The notes under the pieces are model-generated. The model ran no database searches and had not been told where the DNA came from. It saw nothing but the letters and a program-made list of their open reading frames with translations. Below, piece by piece: positions 39,658 to 54,252 of a stretch of 64,000 bases of DNA (position 1 is its first letter; each line of letters begins with the position of its first letter). The stretch covers positions 122,666,027 to 122,730,026 of the forward strand of contig NC_058134.1 in assembly GCF_016433145.1 (NCBI RefSeq), in the 5' to 3' direction. The position numbers and the translations under genes are program-made. This stretch comes from Gracilinanus agilis (taxonomy: Eukaryota).

Positions 39658-39868
39658 GGGGCAGCCGGGTAGCTCAGTGGATTGAGAGCCAGGCCTAGAG
39701 ATGTGAGGTCCTAAATTCAAATCTGGCCTCAGACGCTTCCTAACTGTGTGACCCTGGGCAAGTTATTGCTATTGCCTAGCCCTTATCGCTCTTCTGCCTT
39801 GGAATCAATACACAGTATTGATTCTAAAATGGAAGGTAAGGGTTTAAGAAGATAAATTAAAAAAAAAA
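39658..39868 (+). mobile_element. SINE1_Mdo-like SINE
   Basis: 17-bp TSD taaagaacccagacttg at 39641-39657 and 39869-39885. Confidence 0.92.
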
Positions 39869-41736
39869 TAAAGAACCCAGACTTGAGAATAGGCAAGTTC
39901 TCCTCAAATTCATAAGTATTATATACTTATTCAATTGATCTTAAAGTGAATGTCAGTCCATTAGCTTTCTGAATACATGAATTTCTCCCTGTAGATCTTA
40001 TTTACTTAGATTCTAAGAGTATAGAAACTTTCCCCAAAGTACTATACAGAGGCTGGAGGTACATGAATTGGTTGGCACAATTCATACATTTCACTATATA
40101 ATATGAAAAACCACTGAGAAACCACATGTGCCCATATATGCAGGAGTATATATATACAAGAAAGCTTCCAAATAACTCACCTCTCTATTAGGTTGAGAAT
40201 TGAGAGGATAATACAAGGTAGGGGACCAGTAGAACTCCATAACTGGATAAAAACTGTTAAGCATTGTAGTTTTTGAAGCAGAGAGAAGGGTGCCTTCTCC
40301 TCTCCTTGCCTTTAAAACCTAGGCTGTTAGTTGCCAGGCCAGTTTCCTTCATCTGGCTGAGGAACATTCAGGAATACTTAGTGATTCAATGGCAATGCTT
40401 ATATAAGACTGACTTACCTTTTCCTGGCATGTAACTCCTCCTGTAGTCTGGCAGAATCTACTCTCTCTTTTAATTTATCAACAAAACTATCAAGTGTCCA
40501 AAATGCCTTTCTATACCCCTAAAGGGTATACTCTCTAACCTCACTACTACTAGTCCTCCATCTTATTTTAGCTCTGGTTGTATATCTATTTTCTTTAAAT
40601 GGGGGCAAAAAAGTGAGCATAGGGATCTGTTATAGGAATTCACTTTGCTAATCTCCTATAACAGATCCAAATAGGATTCACATTAAAAAAATTTAAACCA
40701 GTTCCATGCTACAAGTTAATGCTTCCTTTTCCAGTGGCAGACTGCTTAGGCATAGGATTTCCTAAGGAAACTAGGTTTCTTACACATTTTTCTTTCCATT
40801 TCTACATCTGAATAGTATTTCTATATTTTTCTCTATATTCTCCACACACTAGACAACATTAAAATGAAAGACTAAGGTAGTGAAACAAATAGAAACACTG
40901 GATTGCAGATCTTACTCTTTCCCTCCAATTTCCCTGAGTACCCAGAAGGGTAGCTGCCTTCCTTAATCATTAATGAATATAACCAATGAAAAATGAATAT
41001 ATTATCTTGGTTATAAATTTTTTTTATCACTGTAGTAGTTCACAGGATGGCAGGAACCAAGGAAAACCACTAGACTTTGATAGAGTCTAAAACATCAGAT
41101 ACAAGGTCATGTTTTCTTGGGGTAAAGCCTTTCTTGACATTATCTTACTCTTCTCCAACTACCTATGGGAGTTTACATAGTTTAAAAACATTCTGGTATA
41201 AACTTGTGTTTTCCCCTTGGGTTGATAACTAGATTTGTAGCTTTCTTACTCAGGAAAAATCTCTTAGATTTCACTTGACACACTCTTTTCTATCATTGTC
41301 AAATTCCTTGTTAGTACATGTTTGGCTAACTGAACCAATCCCTAAGGATTTTAAGGTAGTCACTTTAGGTCTTCTAAACTAGCAGTTTACAATTGCAACC
41401 TCTTATTGTTATGAGTCCCATTTTACAGAGGAGGAAACTGAGGCAACTAGTGAGAAAGTGACTTGAATGGGTTACACACAGCTGGTTAAGTTCCTAAAAC
41501 TGAATTTGAATTTGGGTCTTCCTGAATTTGAACTCTAGGTCCAACACTCTATCCACTGCACCACCCAACTGCCCTCAAGCTTTTCTAAACAAACTCTTCT
41601 TAAGGAAATTAAAGTCCAAGTAATTGGAATCTGGAAGAAAATAAAGTAAGGGCTTTCTAGCAAAGCCTCAGATCTCTATTTCTGTTTCTATTTGACTATG
41701 CCACATTTTCAACCCCACTTAGTCATGGGCAATCTA

Positions 41737-42009
<273 letters not shown>

Positions 42010-42699
42010 TTAGGGGCCTCCCTGCCTCTTCAGGTTCATTTCTGCTCTCACATGCCTAGAGAACAAGGGGATCCAGAGAGTAACTAGGTTTCTCTCTCAT
42101 GTTAAATAGTATGCAAATTAGAGAAGTCCCTAACCTCTAGTCAAACTGTACTGACTACTCCACAAACATACCTTAAACTCCATTATGTCTCTGTCTGCGC
42201 TTGTACCTTCCATTGGCCTGGACTGCTCTCCCAGCCACCTCTATCTATCCTTTTCAAACACTCCATCCTTCAAGGCTCAGCTCAAGGGGTACCTCACCCA
42301 TGATAAACAATACTTCTCTGAAATTCCATGGCAATTTAACTGTACCTTTCTTAGGGCATTTATCACATATCACAATACATTTGTTATATTAGTTATCTGA
42401 GTTTGCAATTTATCTCTCACACTAGATTTTAAGTTAATTAAATGTAAGTACTTGTGTCTGATTCAACTTTATATATTCAACAGTGTACTTAATGTGGTGC
42501 TGTGAACACAGTAGTAATATATTAACACAAGAGAATTTTAAACTGGAAAAGACCTTAGAGACAACCCACTCATTTTATAGATGAAGAACTCAGGCCCAGA
42601 GAAGTGATTTGCCCAAGGTCAAAGAAGCAGAGAACTAAAATTAGAATGATATCCTATCTCAAAATTGGGACTCTTCTACTATGCCAAAAGCCACAAGGG

Positions 42700-42885
42700 C
42701 CATGTTGGCAAAACTATGGCATATGTGCCAGAGGAGGCTGCTCCCCTCCCCTTCAGGGCATTTCTCACATGACTCACCCCTCTGCCCAGCAGCCCAATGG
42801 GAGCACTGCCTGGGGTAAGAGTGGCTCATGTGCAGCATAAGGGTGAAGTTTGGGCACTCAGTCTCTAATAAGTTTGCCATCACTG
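42700..42885 (+). mobile_element. Shorter, diverged copy of the hAT MITE family
   Basis: ccc(c)tctgcccagcagcccaatgggagc is shared with the 11601 copy. Ends agtttgccatcactg. Confidence 0.65.
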
Positions 42886-43646
42886 TTCTAGGTGATCAGT
42901 AAATGGTTAAGGTAGGAACAAGTGCTACAATTATTTCTGAAGAAAGGGCAAGAATCTGGAAGGGTTTCCTAAATGTAGGCATCTCTCTTAAGCTCCCAGA
43001 TAAGTCTCTGGAACACTGGCCCATTCTGCAACCTCAAAAGCATCAGAGATTGAGGGTAGATGCCAGAAGGGAACCTAAGAACTTGGAATGATTTAATTTC
43101 CCTAGTCTTCTAGGAACAGAGATAAAAGTTGTGATCAAATATTAATTTTCTGGGTTAGTCTCTCAATTGCTGAGGCAGAAATACTGATTTTTTAATGAGG
43201 AGAAATTACTTCTAAGAAAACTGGCAGGATCAAGAATATAATATTTTGGTGGCTTACTTTCCAGTCTACCTCTCTTTCCCAGGAAGGAATCCATAATACA
43301 TTTCTTTAAGGAAAAAAGATGTATGGTTTTCCTAAGTGTCCTAATAATAATATGTCAAAGCACCTAACTCAATATTATAGTAATTAATAACAAAGCACAA
43401 ACCAATATCCAATAATGATTACACATTAGTTAGCTGTATAGTAACAAACCAGCGTCAGTACAAATGCTAGGAAAGAAGCAAAAATGAAAGGAAAATCAGA
43501 AAAAAATCTGTTTCCCAGTATTCATGGTAATGGGGAGAGGAGAGAGATGGGAGTGGGAAGGGGAGGAACCTTGCAGTGAGTAAGGTTCAAAAGAGTTCCA
43601 TGGAAATAAATATTAAATTTAGTGGTGTATTCCAGTAAAGCACTTA

Positions 43647-43829
<183 letters not shown>

Positions 43830-44534
43830 CTATATTCAGGGGGAAAAAGAAGCAGAGGGTGATTGAGGTTGGCTCCAATAGCAAATGGCCAAGGAGATGG
43901 GCTGCTAGCATCTGAATAAGAGTTTTGTATCAGAAACCAAAGGGTTCATGAGAAAATATGGTAAATTTCTCCATTAGCTCTTGCTGCTACAAGAGCCCCA
44001 GTTTTGTTATGTGAGAGTATCTGAGATTTATCTACAAAAGCAACACGAGCCAATTTGAAAATAATTAACAGAACTACAATTTATCTGAATGGCTATGATC
44101 AAGGGACATCTTCCATCAGAGTGGAAGAGAAGGGGAAAGGAAAGTAGGAAGGAGGGCAGAGGGGAAGGGAATAATCATTATAAACCTAAACAGTCATTTG
44201 GTTATTTGGTCCAGGTAGACTTATCATCTTCATTTCTTAGTTATGGATGTGGGAATATAAACACCTCAGAGGAATATAACACCCTGTTATCCCCACATTT
44301 ATGGGAAACTCTAGGTATGTTCCCTGGAGTTCTACCCAAATTCACTTGTCAGAATTTCTAAACAGAGAAAAGCTTTTAAATACTGAATTACATTAATCAT
44401 GACTCAATGCAGTCCCTATTCCACATAATGATAATCACTAGAGCTTTGACCTAGTAGTCAATACATTCCATTATGGAACCTAACACCAAGTCTATAATCC
44501 AGACCGTGGGTTCTTAACCAATTAATCAAATCTT

Positions 44535-44690
44535 AATCAATTCTAAGACAGAATAACAGCAATCACTAGGCAATTAGGGTTAAGTGACTTGCCCACGGTC
44601 ACACAGCTAGGAAGTATTTGGGACCAGAAATGACCTAGGACCTCCGATCTCCAGGTCTGGCTCTCTATCCACTAAGCCACCAAGCTGCCT
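44535..44690 (-). mobile_element. SINE1-like SINE (approximate)
   Basis: Core and head in antisense (ctctctatccactaagccaccaagctgcc). Confidence 0.8.
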
Positions 44691-45031
44691 TGTAAACTTG
44701 CTTTTAAAAAAACTTTCATCACTGCATTTCAATGTAATTAGTTTCCTTTTGGATCTTTTTTATTTTTTCTATTTTTTTTACTATTGAATCTTATGTATTT
44801 TATTTTATACATTTAAAAATATTATCCTGAGAAGCCTTCACATCAGACTTCCACAGGCTTCACTAGACCACTGAAAGGGTCCATGATACAAGAAAGGTTA
44901 AGAATTCCTTGCCTAGACAATATAATGGCAATATTGGAAATATAGACATAGAACTCCACAGATAGCTTTACTCTCATAACCCCAAGTAAGAGATTCCAGC
45001 CCATCCTTCAGTAGACCCCTTTTTCCTTTCA

Positions 45032-45160
<129 letters not shown>

Positions 45161-46042
45161 TTAACACACCAGAATGATAAAGAGTAAGGAGTTTGAAAAG
45201 GAAGGAGAAAAAAAAATACAAAAATCTGAGTCTTTGGTAAGAGGCAATCAAGTAAGCAGCATTGACGAAGTTTTGGTTATGTGCCAGGTATGGTGTTAGG
45301 CAGTGTGTGTACAAATATAATAGTGAGACTAGAGAGTCCTGGCTCACAAGGAACTTACATTCTTCTATGGGGACACAATATGCTCATAGAGAAATAAATA
45401 CAAAGTGATTTGGAGGAAGGCCACTAGTAACTGGGAGAAAGCAAAGCATTTTGAAAGAAGTGACCCCAGCTGAGTCTTGCATGGTGTTAACAGGTTCCAT
45501 GAAGGTAAGGTGAAGGTGGAGGTAGGGAAAGAGAACATTCCAGGCATGAGGGACAACTCCTGAAAAGGCATAGAGGCATCAAAGAGAATGTCCTGGGCAG
45601 AAAAGAGCAAGGAAGTCAGTTTGGCTAGTGTGGAAAGCTCATGAGAGGGTGCAATGCATAATAAATCTGAAAAGAGAGGCTGGAACCATGTAAAAGTCAG
45701 AACTGAGCTTGTATTTAATCTCAGAGGCAACAGGGAGTCACTGAAGCTTCTAGGGAAGTGATATGTATTAAGTATTATTTAAAATGGAGTCCATAGATGA
45801 GAAGCTTACAAATGCCCCAGTCATGATTTCTTTTAAGGCAGGGTAGAGGGGCAACTGGGGAGAGGAGCAGTAAGGGGGCTCCCTCTTGAGCATAAATGTT
45901 CACCGTCTTCCAGCAGTGCTCTCTGAATACAGATCTCTTTTACTACAAGTATTAAACTTCATTCTGACCTCCAGGAGCTATCTGACTCTAAGATATAATA
46001 GAGGCAATAGTTTGGACCAAGGTTAAAGATAGATTGAGTTCA

Positions 46043-46237
<195 letters not shown>

Positions 46238-48268
46238 TCAGGGGGAAATTATTTTCTTTCTTTTCTTTAAAAGTCCCTGAAAGTTACTTTCTTCTTAAGA
46301 TTCCAAAGCATAGAATCAGCCAGTGCCACTAATCAATATACCAGTGATTCTCAACCACTTTGTAATCACCTATACAGTTCCCTATACACTTAGATATTTG
46401 TCAAACACGTAGGAAACTAGAGCTGCCTCAATCATCTACTATGGAAAAACAATTTACCTGCCCCTTACAGAAGAAGGCAGCTAAAACAGAAATCTAGGGA
46501 GCTAAAAAAAAAATAGTTCCTTATAGTGGAATTGGCTGAAAGAATGGTTCACAACAAGAAAGAGTTATATTATTAAACACTTATTTCTGACAGAAAGAAA
46601 AATGACTCTTATTCAAAGACCTAGTATCTAGAGACCCCTCTGGGTAATGTCTCAAATGAGGGATCATGGCCATTAATGCTCAGGTGTCTAGAATCTCAGT
46701 CACACTTGCTTTAATGTTTGTTGGCCAGCATGTGCAGGTGCAATACTAAACCCAATATATAAAAGCTGAAAAAGAAAAAAAAAACTGATCCCTGGACAAA
46801 AATTTCAAATGTCATGCAAAAAGAGCTCAGCTGGTACAACTCCCCCTCACTAAATATAATTAGGTTAAATCATGCCTGCCTACAGGGCCTGACACTGAAA
46901 GGCTCAAAGTGCCTTTCCCTCATGCTGACCTCAGTTTATTTTGGATAAGATACTCTAGATATATTCACTGAGGCAGATTTCTTCTCTTTGGATCTGACCA
47001 AGTAAGCATATAATAGATTTTTTCAGTGGGGGGCAGGGGAAAAGGTCTGGAATTACATCAAGTGAAGAAGTAAAGAAACTCCTTCCACTAACCCAGATCA
47101 GCAACTCAGAGAGTTTAAGAGAGCTGTCTGAGGCACTACTTCTAGGTGAAATGACTTGCTTATGGCCACACTATTAGTTGTTAGAGGCAAGACTTGAACC
47201 AGGTTCTTTAGGAGTCAAAGGCTGGCCCTCTACCTAAAGTAATAAATGCAGTAGAGAAAAAAAGGTTAAAAGTCCCTTCTGAACTTTGTTATTGACTGTG
47301 TAGTTGGTGCTACTACTCATACTCCTGGCATCATTTCCCCAGTCTTCTTAGAGTTCTCTGTTCTTGCTAATTATTTGTTACGTGGCCTCACATAACTCCT
47401 CTTCCCTTCTTAATATCTGTTTGTGGAGATGGCTTCTCCCTCACTAGCCCTCAAGTACCTATGTATTACCATATGCTTCCCAAAGGAATAAATGGCACAG
47501 CACAAACGCCTGAGATTCTTTGGGTCTGTGGGCCTATAATCCGATTATATACAGAGTACTAAGGCACTCCTGGAATTTCTGTTCAGAGGATTCATCTCCA
47601 GTTGGGCTAAAGAAGGCAAGTCTGACCCTGCCCAACTGAATTGAGCAAGGCAGTCCAAAAGACCTGGGCAGCAGGGGGCCAAGCGTCTTTTCCAGTGCTG
47701 GAATGCTGCCCTGGAACAAAGTCCCAACACGAGGCAATGAGAATGATCCTGGACACCAAGGGCGGTGAGAGGATTAGCAGGTCCCAAATGAGACTTTTCT
47801 TCTTGAAAGGAGTTAATCTAGACAAAAAGTTTGAAATCCTCCCCCTCCTTCCCAACCTTCACCTTCCTTGGGTGACTGAGAGCTCAAAGTACCTTTGGCA
47901 ACAGAACTTAGAAATAAGTGCTGGGGGCAGTCATCTGTCTTGCAGATCAAAGCTCAGGAGCAGTTTATGACTTAAAAGTTTGCCTCACCTGGGAGGAGGT
48001 GGCTAATAGCTTTCCATTCCCAGAAACCCAAAACCAAAAGTACAAGATAGTATTCTCAAAGGCAATTATCATGTGCAGATGTTTTGGAACCCCAAGTAAC
48101 TCTCAGGGTTAATACAGTAAGTGTCAGAGGTAGAATTGGAACCAAAGTTCCTGATTCCAAATTTGGAACTCTCATCTCCACTGCATACTCTTACTTATTT
48201 CTGCTTCCCAAGATATTAATTCTCTATCATATGTAACCTGAAATACTAACAGTTTTAATATTCTAGAG

Positions 48269-48434
48269 CAGAGGTTCTTAACTTTTTTGGATCTCAGACC
48301 CCTCTGATGAACCCTAAGGACTCCTTCTCAGAATCATGTTTTGAAATACATAGGATAAGAAAGGAAATCAATCATATTGAAATGCAATTATTGATTTTAT
48401 TTTAAGTTTACAGACCTCAAGTTAAGAATCCCTT
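48269..48434. mobile_element. MER5A-like hAT-Charlie MITE
   Basis: TIR-like ends cagaggttcttaac / gttaagaatccct, preceded by ttctagag. Confidence 0.65.
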
Positions 48435-48859
48435 ATAGTGGCATTCTAGTATAGTGGAAAGAATAATGGATGTTGGAAGATCTGGATGCTAGTAATGGCA
48501 ACTAATGGTTATTCATTAGCTGTGAGACTCTAGGCAAATCTTTTAAGTTCTTTAAATTTCAGTAAATTTATCTGTAAAATGAAGCAATTGAATGAGATGA
48601 TCTCTAAGGTCCTATTAAGTTATAAGACTCTTATTTCTTATGAATGGAAAAGGACCTGGATATCTGTTATGTTAACCAACAACTTGTTCCTTCTAGCTCT
48701 CTTTGTAAAGCCTTGTAACAATCTAGTTAGCCTTGGGAATAACAAAACTCTGTAGATTTAGCAAGGCCTAGACATTGACATAACCCAGTCATCCACCCCT
48801 TGCAGGATCTGAAAAAGTATATATAGAATCTTTCTTTTATGGAAGTACTATTTCTTTTC

Positions 48860-49036
48860 TTTTCTTTTCTTTTTCTTTCAAACCCTTATCTTCCATCTTG
48901 GAATCAATACTACATATTGGTTCCAAGGTAGTAGAGTGGTAAGGGCTAGGCAATGGGGGTTAAGTGACTTGCCTAGGGTTATACAGCTAGGACATATCCA
49001 GGACCTCCTGTCTCTAGGCCAGCTAGCTGGCCCCCT
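48860..49036 (-). mobile_element. SINE1_Mdo-like SINE with internal deletion (approximate)
   Basis: aaacccttatcttccatcttggaatcaatac... to agctagctggcccc. Confidence 0.8.
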
Positions 49037-52000
49037 ATAATGTACTTCTGAAGTGGTTGGTTGATGCTTGCATTCTCTGGCTGTGGTCTACTCAGGTGGT
49101 CCCTTCTTCTGAGTCCCTGTGTCCTAGACTTATATCCACAGATGAACTACAGACGGTTATAGTACAACTAGGACAAACAAAGCAGTCTTTCAGTAAAGAG
49201 TTCTGAGAGCCATTCCCGTTGAATTTCAGAATTCTAGGTGGAAACATGGAATTCTTGAGCCTGCTCTTAATTTATGAAAAGGGTTAAAAGTGACCTGTGT
49301 GCTAGGTAACACTGTGAGGATTTATTTCACTAATGATTTTAATCCTTTAGGAAAAATGTGAAAAGTACTCAACACAGTTACTTTGTTCATCAGGCTCCTC
49401 TTGGGATTTTACAACAGCTAGTCAGGAACTAAAGGGCACTGTTCTCCCATCCCTCTCAGTTATTAACTGTGGCAATTAATTAACCCATTGTAAAGGCTTT
49501 TATTCAAAAACATATCAACAAGAAGATCTGACTTTTAACAGTCTCTTCTCTTTTGAATTCAAGTCTTTTTTTTTTTTAATTGGTTTGGGGGAAGCATTCA
49601 AAATAGCTTATTTCTACAAAATGCCTATTCAACTAGTCTCTGAAATGACTAGTATCATTTGGAAATGACAACTAAATGTAGCTCAGAGCCACAGGCGTTG
49701 GCTTGGAAGAGGTTATGGCTGCAGCTTAAGCATCTAAGTGCCCTTCTACAAGAGATGTCCTGACACAATGGTTTCATTTGATATGTCCTATTATTTCTTC
49801 TTCTGATTGATTCATATGTAGAGACAGTTTAAACAGTAATCCTTCTCCACAACTGTGAGAACATTTATTATGGTCACTGATGTTATAATAAATGTTGAAA
49901 GTAGATACCAAATGTTTACATGTATATACCTATTAGCCATCTCATTTGCAAAATAATAAGCCAATTCAATTATTATTGGCTTTTCAGCAGAAATACTCTC
50001 CCTCACCACCCACTTCCCATTACCTCATTTTATTTCCTAATATTATAGGATGATAGAAAATGAAACCTACCAAAGATGAACAGTTGCATAGGACATTAAA
50101 TAGAAAGTAAGGACTAGCATTCATATCTCCAGAGTTCCTTTCACTTTTTTTTTTTTTTTAAACCAAGGTTTGTATGAATGATCTTGATAAAAGTTTGCAA
50201 GAAAACGTCCTGGAGATGTGAAGTGACAAGAAGATCAAATGAGCTAACGGTGTCATTCAGATGCTCAAAATGCAAATGTAATCTCAGTTCATATTATTAT
50301 TAGTATAGTGTTCTGATCAAGGAAGTTAATCATTCTAGTGTACTCTATATTGGCCAGAATCAAACTATGGCAATGTCCACTTGTGAGACCTACATTTTAA
50401 GAGGATGTTGATTGAATGTGTGATGAAGCAGCAAGGTTCCTGGTAAGGAAGGGCTCAAGAGAGGGATGCCATTAGATGAGACTTCCATTAGATAAGAGAT
50501 CCCTTCCACATTTTATGTTAACTGAATATACTTAACAGAATAGTCATTTGTCCAAACTATCTAGCAGACTTCAATACCTGTATGGACACTAGCTCAAATT
50601 TACCAATGAAATTTCATGAGTAACTATGGGCTCTTTATAATATCATGCCACTTTGTTAAGAAACTAGATGAAAGGATATTTCTTCTCCCTGAATATTAGG
50701 AAGATAGGACAGAAGACTCTTCTATAAGAGCCCATTCATTCCTAAATTTGGCACAATTTTTGATACAATTTTTTCATTAAAATTAGAATTCATACTTTTA
50801 AAAGTTAAACATTTGCACAATTAATTTTCATGAATTTTGTCCCGAGTGCTAAATTACTCACTTATGAATCCCATTCTTATATTTATCTATTCTGGTTGTT
50901 TCAGCTGAAAATTTAGCTACAATATTTGGGATTCTTCAGATAAAAAAAATCATGGGAGTTATGTCATGTGCCTTACTGTTCACAGCTTCAAGGACTAGAC
51001 AAAGCTATGAAGGGGAAAGTTTAAAGAACACAGCCTAATCAGCTTAAAAAGCACAGCCAAAGAATTAAGTTTCAACTCTACATAACAACAAAAAAAGAAC
51101 CACTAACTCTTTTTTTCTACTGGTGTAGAGACCAAAAGTAAAACTTCAGGCCACAATGGCGTCTTTAATAAAAATATGAAGCTACTGTGAAAAGGTGATT
51201 AGAATGAACTCTTAATATAGAATTATATAAGAACCTACTAAAGAACTAATAGGCTAGACTACAGTTCATCCACTAGAATACTATCAGTGCCAACAAAAGC
51301 AACAAAAAAGTTGCTTTCTATGATGTCATCTAAACCCTTAAATCTCTTTATATTTCAGCCTAATGACCTCTTAAAGTACCAAGTGCTACTAGTTGTCATT
51401 TGTAGCACAAAGCAAAACTTTCCTTTTAATCATTCCCTCTCTCAAGGCTCAGGATATAACCCTTTCCTTTAATTTTAGAATTTCAGCATTTGAATAAACA
51501 TACTTTTCAGATCAATTTCTTTCATAATTCTATAAATTTAAATTCTATCTACATGTAGTGAAGTATTTTCATTCTTTTTTTTTCCATTTCATTTCAGTAC
51601 TCCTCTAAATCTTCTTCAGTTCTGTTAAAAGTTTTTATTAATGTGCAGACCATGTTTACACTTGGTACTCCAGATATGATTCAAACCATTGGTAGAATAT
51701 CTTAACTGAAAAGGTTAGGGCAATACATATTAAATGAATCACTAGATATTTGAGCACCATTTAGTGAAAGACATTAGTTTTATGCCTTTTTTCTAGCTTT
51801 TTGGGGGCATTTTAGTCTTTTTTTTAGCCATTTAGGAACACCTGGCCTATTCCAATAAAAGTTAACAAGGACTAATAGTTCTTACATTAATTTCTGCTCA
51901 GATTTCCAAAGCTCATCAAAGTCATACACCTGAGTTAGTATCAATGCAAAGCAGAGAGGGGTGTTATAGGTGAGGGAATAAAACAGCCCAGGAGAGAAGG

Positions 52001-52350
52001 CACTGGAGACAGAATCCTTGAAAAACTTGTTTGAGCTAGCCAGAATATCTTCATTGCTTCTTGGGGCAAGGGAGGCTTCCCTGGATATCTGCAAGTACCT
52101 AGAACTTCTGCACAAAAAGAAATGAGAGCATTGAAAGGATGGAAAAATACAAATCTTAAAATGTGCAGTTTTTTAAAGGCCATTATTACCTTTCTGGGTA
52201 GATCCAACAATTGTCATTCCTTTACTAACCTGTCCTAACTCTATAGGAAGAAATTTATTTTATGAATTGGAAAGAAGCTATAAGAAATGAAATTTTTGCT
52301 CCCCCAAAAAAGAAAGTTCCCCCCATAAACTCTCAAAAATGAATCAAAAG

Positions 52351-52530
52351 GGGGGCAGCTGGGTAGCTCAGTGGAGTGAGAGTCAGGCCTAGAGACAGGA
52401 GGGCCAAGGTTCAAACCCGGCCTCAGCCACTTCCCAGCTGTGTGACCCTGGGCAAGTCACTTGACCCCCATCGCCCACCCTTACCACTCTTCCACCTATG
52501 AGACAATACACCGAAGTACAAGGGTTAAAA
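52351..52530 (+). mobile_element. Young SINE1_Mdo-like SINE (short-tail variant)
   Basis: 14-bp TSD aaaaatgaatcaaa at 52335-52348 and 52531-52544. Several CpGs intact. Confidence 0.9.
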
Positions 52531-52592
52531 AAAAATGAATCAAAGATTCCACTTGAAATTTTGGAATGAATTTCTATTAAGAATAAAAGGTT

Positions 52593-52780
52593 GGGGCAGC
52601 TAGGTAACAACAATGGATGGAGAGCCAGGCCTGGAATTCAGAAGACCTAGATTCAACTTTGGTCTCAAACCTTTCAAGCTGTGTGACCCTGGACGAGTCA
52701 CTTGACCTCAAGTGTCTAGTACTTACCACTCTTCTGTCTTGGAATCTATACTTAGTATCTTTCTAAGACAGAAGGTAAGA
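52593..52780 (+). mobile_element. Older SINE1-like SINE (approximate)
   Basis: ggggcagctaggtaac head, ctgtgtgaccctgg core, tctaagacagaaggtaag tail. Confidence 0.8.
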
Positions 52781-52895
52781 GAAGAGAGAAGAGAAAATGG
52801 AAGGGAAGGAAAGGGAAACAGTTGTTACTCTTTCAACAAGTGGCTTATCAGCCCTTACTTACATTGGAATAGGAGTAGCCTGAGCTGCTGTATCA

Positions 52896-53030
<135 letters not shown>

Positions 53031-54054
53031 TTACATCCAGCAAAAGACATTTCATATTAAAGAGACTAAAAGTCAATCAAAGCAATTCCTACTTTTGCAT
53101 GAAATCTTCTTTCCAGCCTTTCAAGTAAAGGATGTTGTTCCCTTTAAACTATAGTTGAAATGTTAAGACTCTTGATGAGGTTAGAGGATAGATCTCCTAC
53201 TGTAAAAATATTTTATTTCTATAAAAATCCAGAATGTCTTCACTGCAAAAATCTAAAATCACCACATGTATATTGACTATACCCCTCCAAAAACAAATAA
53301 AATAAAATCTTAACTAAAAGAGATGCTTGAAGAATATGCCATTCTAATTAACCAAGTCATTGATCAGAAAATAGCTTCTATTTTAACCTTTGTTGTTGAA
53401 AAACTCTGAAGTTTTTTAGTTCATTTTCATGCCTTAATAATAAGAATGAATATAATTTAATTTTTGATGATTCATAATCTTATAATGCCTCAAAGTTATA
53501 ATTCTGAACACTGTACTATACTTTTATGGGAGGTCCATAAGATTAGGCTGAATGTACACATATGCCTTAGAAGTTGCTTTTCTGGAAATTTTTGCCACTT
53601 TTCCCAATTTGTGCAAGATCCAAATTAATCAGAATTGTGCTTTTTTTTTTTTTTTTTTTTTAAATAAAGAATGCCTTGTACTTTTCGGGTTAAGAATTCA
53701 TCTCTCTCCTCCTCAGACTGAGTTCTTTCACAGCTGCTTAGAGAGTGTTCCATTATTATCATTCTGATGCAGCTATAGGGACTTTTAGATATTAGAGTAT
53801 TGAAAATGACTCAATACCAAGGTTATAAGCATTTCAATTAATCTAGCATTCTCATTTGGAGAAAATTAGTGCTTTGATGTTACCACACTATTCTTTACAA
53901 TATTCTCACTGAAGTGATGATAGAGAGACTGGGGAAAGTGAAATGTTCATTTTATAAACAGAAAAATTGGGCATGGTAGTTTAGCAGTTTATCCAATAAT
54001 GCAAAAATTAATGATTTGTAAAATAAGGAATAACTGCTTTTCCATACTCTAGAG

Positions 54055-54252
54055 AAGTGGTATCAAACTCAAATAAAAACGGAGGCACTAATCCATAGAT
54101 AAGGATCCCTGAGGGGCACATATTGCCTTAATTTAAAAATGTGACACTGTCCAATTTTTATTGTATTTTTATATTTTTTGTTAAATTATTTCCCAATTAC
54201 ATTTTAATCTGGTTGGGGGCAAGGGGACTCAGTCAGGTGTTTGACATCTCTG
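54055..54252. mobile_element. hAT-Charlie-type MITE
   Basis: Ends agtggtatcaaac / gtttgacatctctg. Imperfect 8-bp TSD ctctagag / ctctagta. A related partial copy lies near 57990-58136. Confidence 0.65.
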
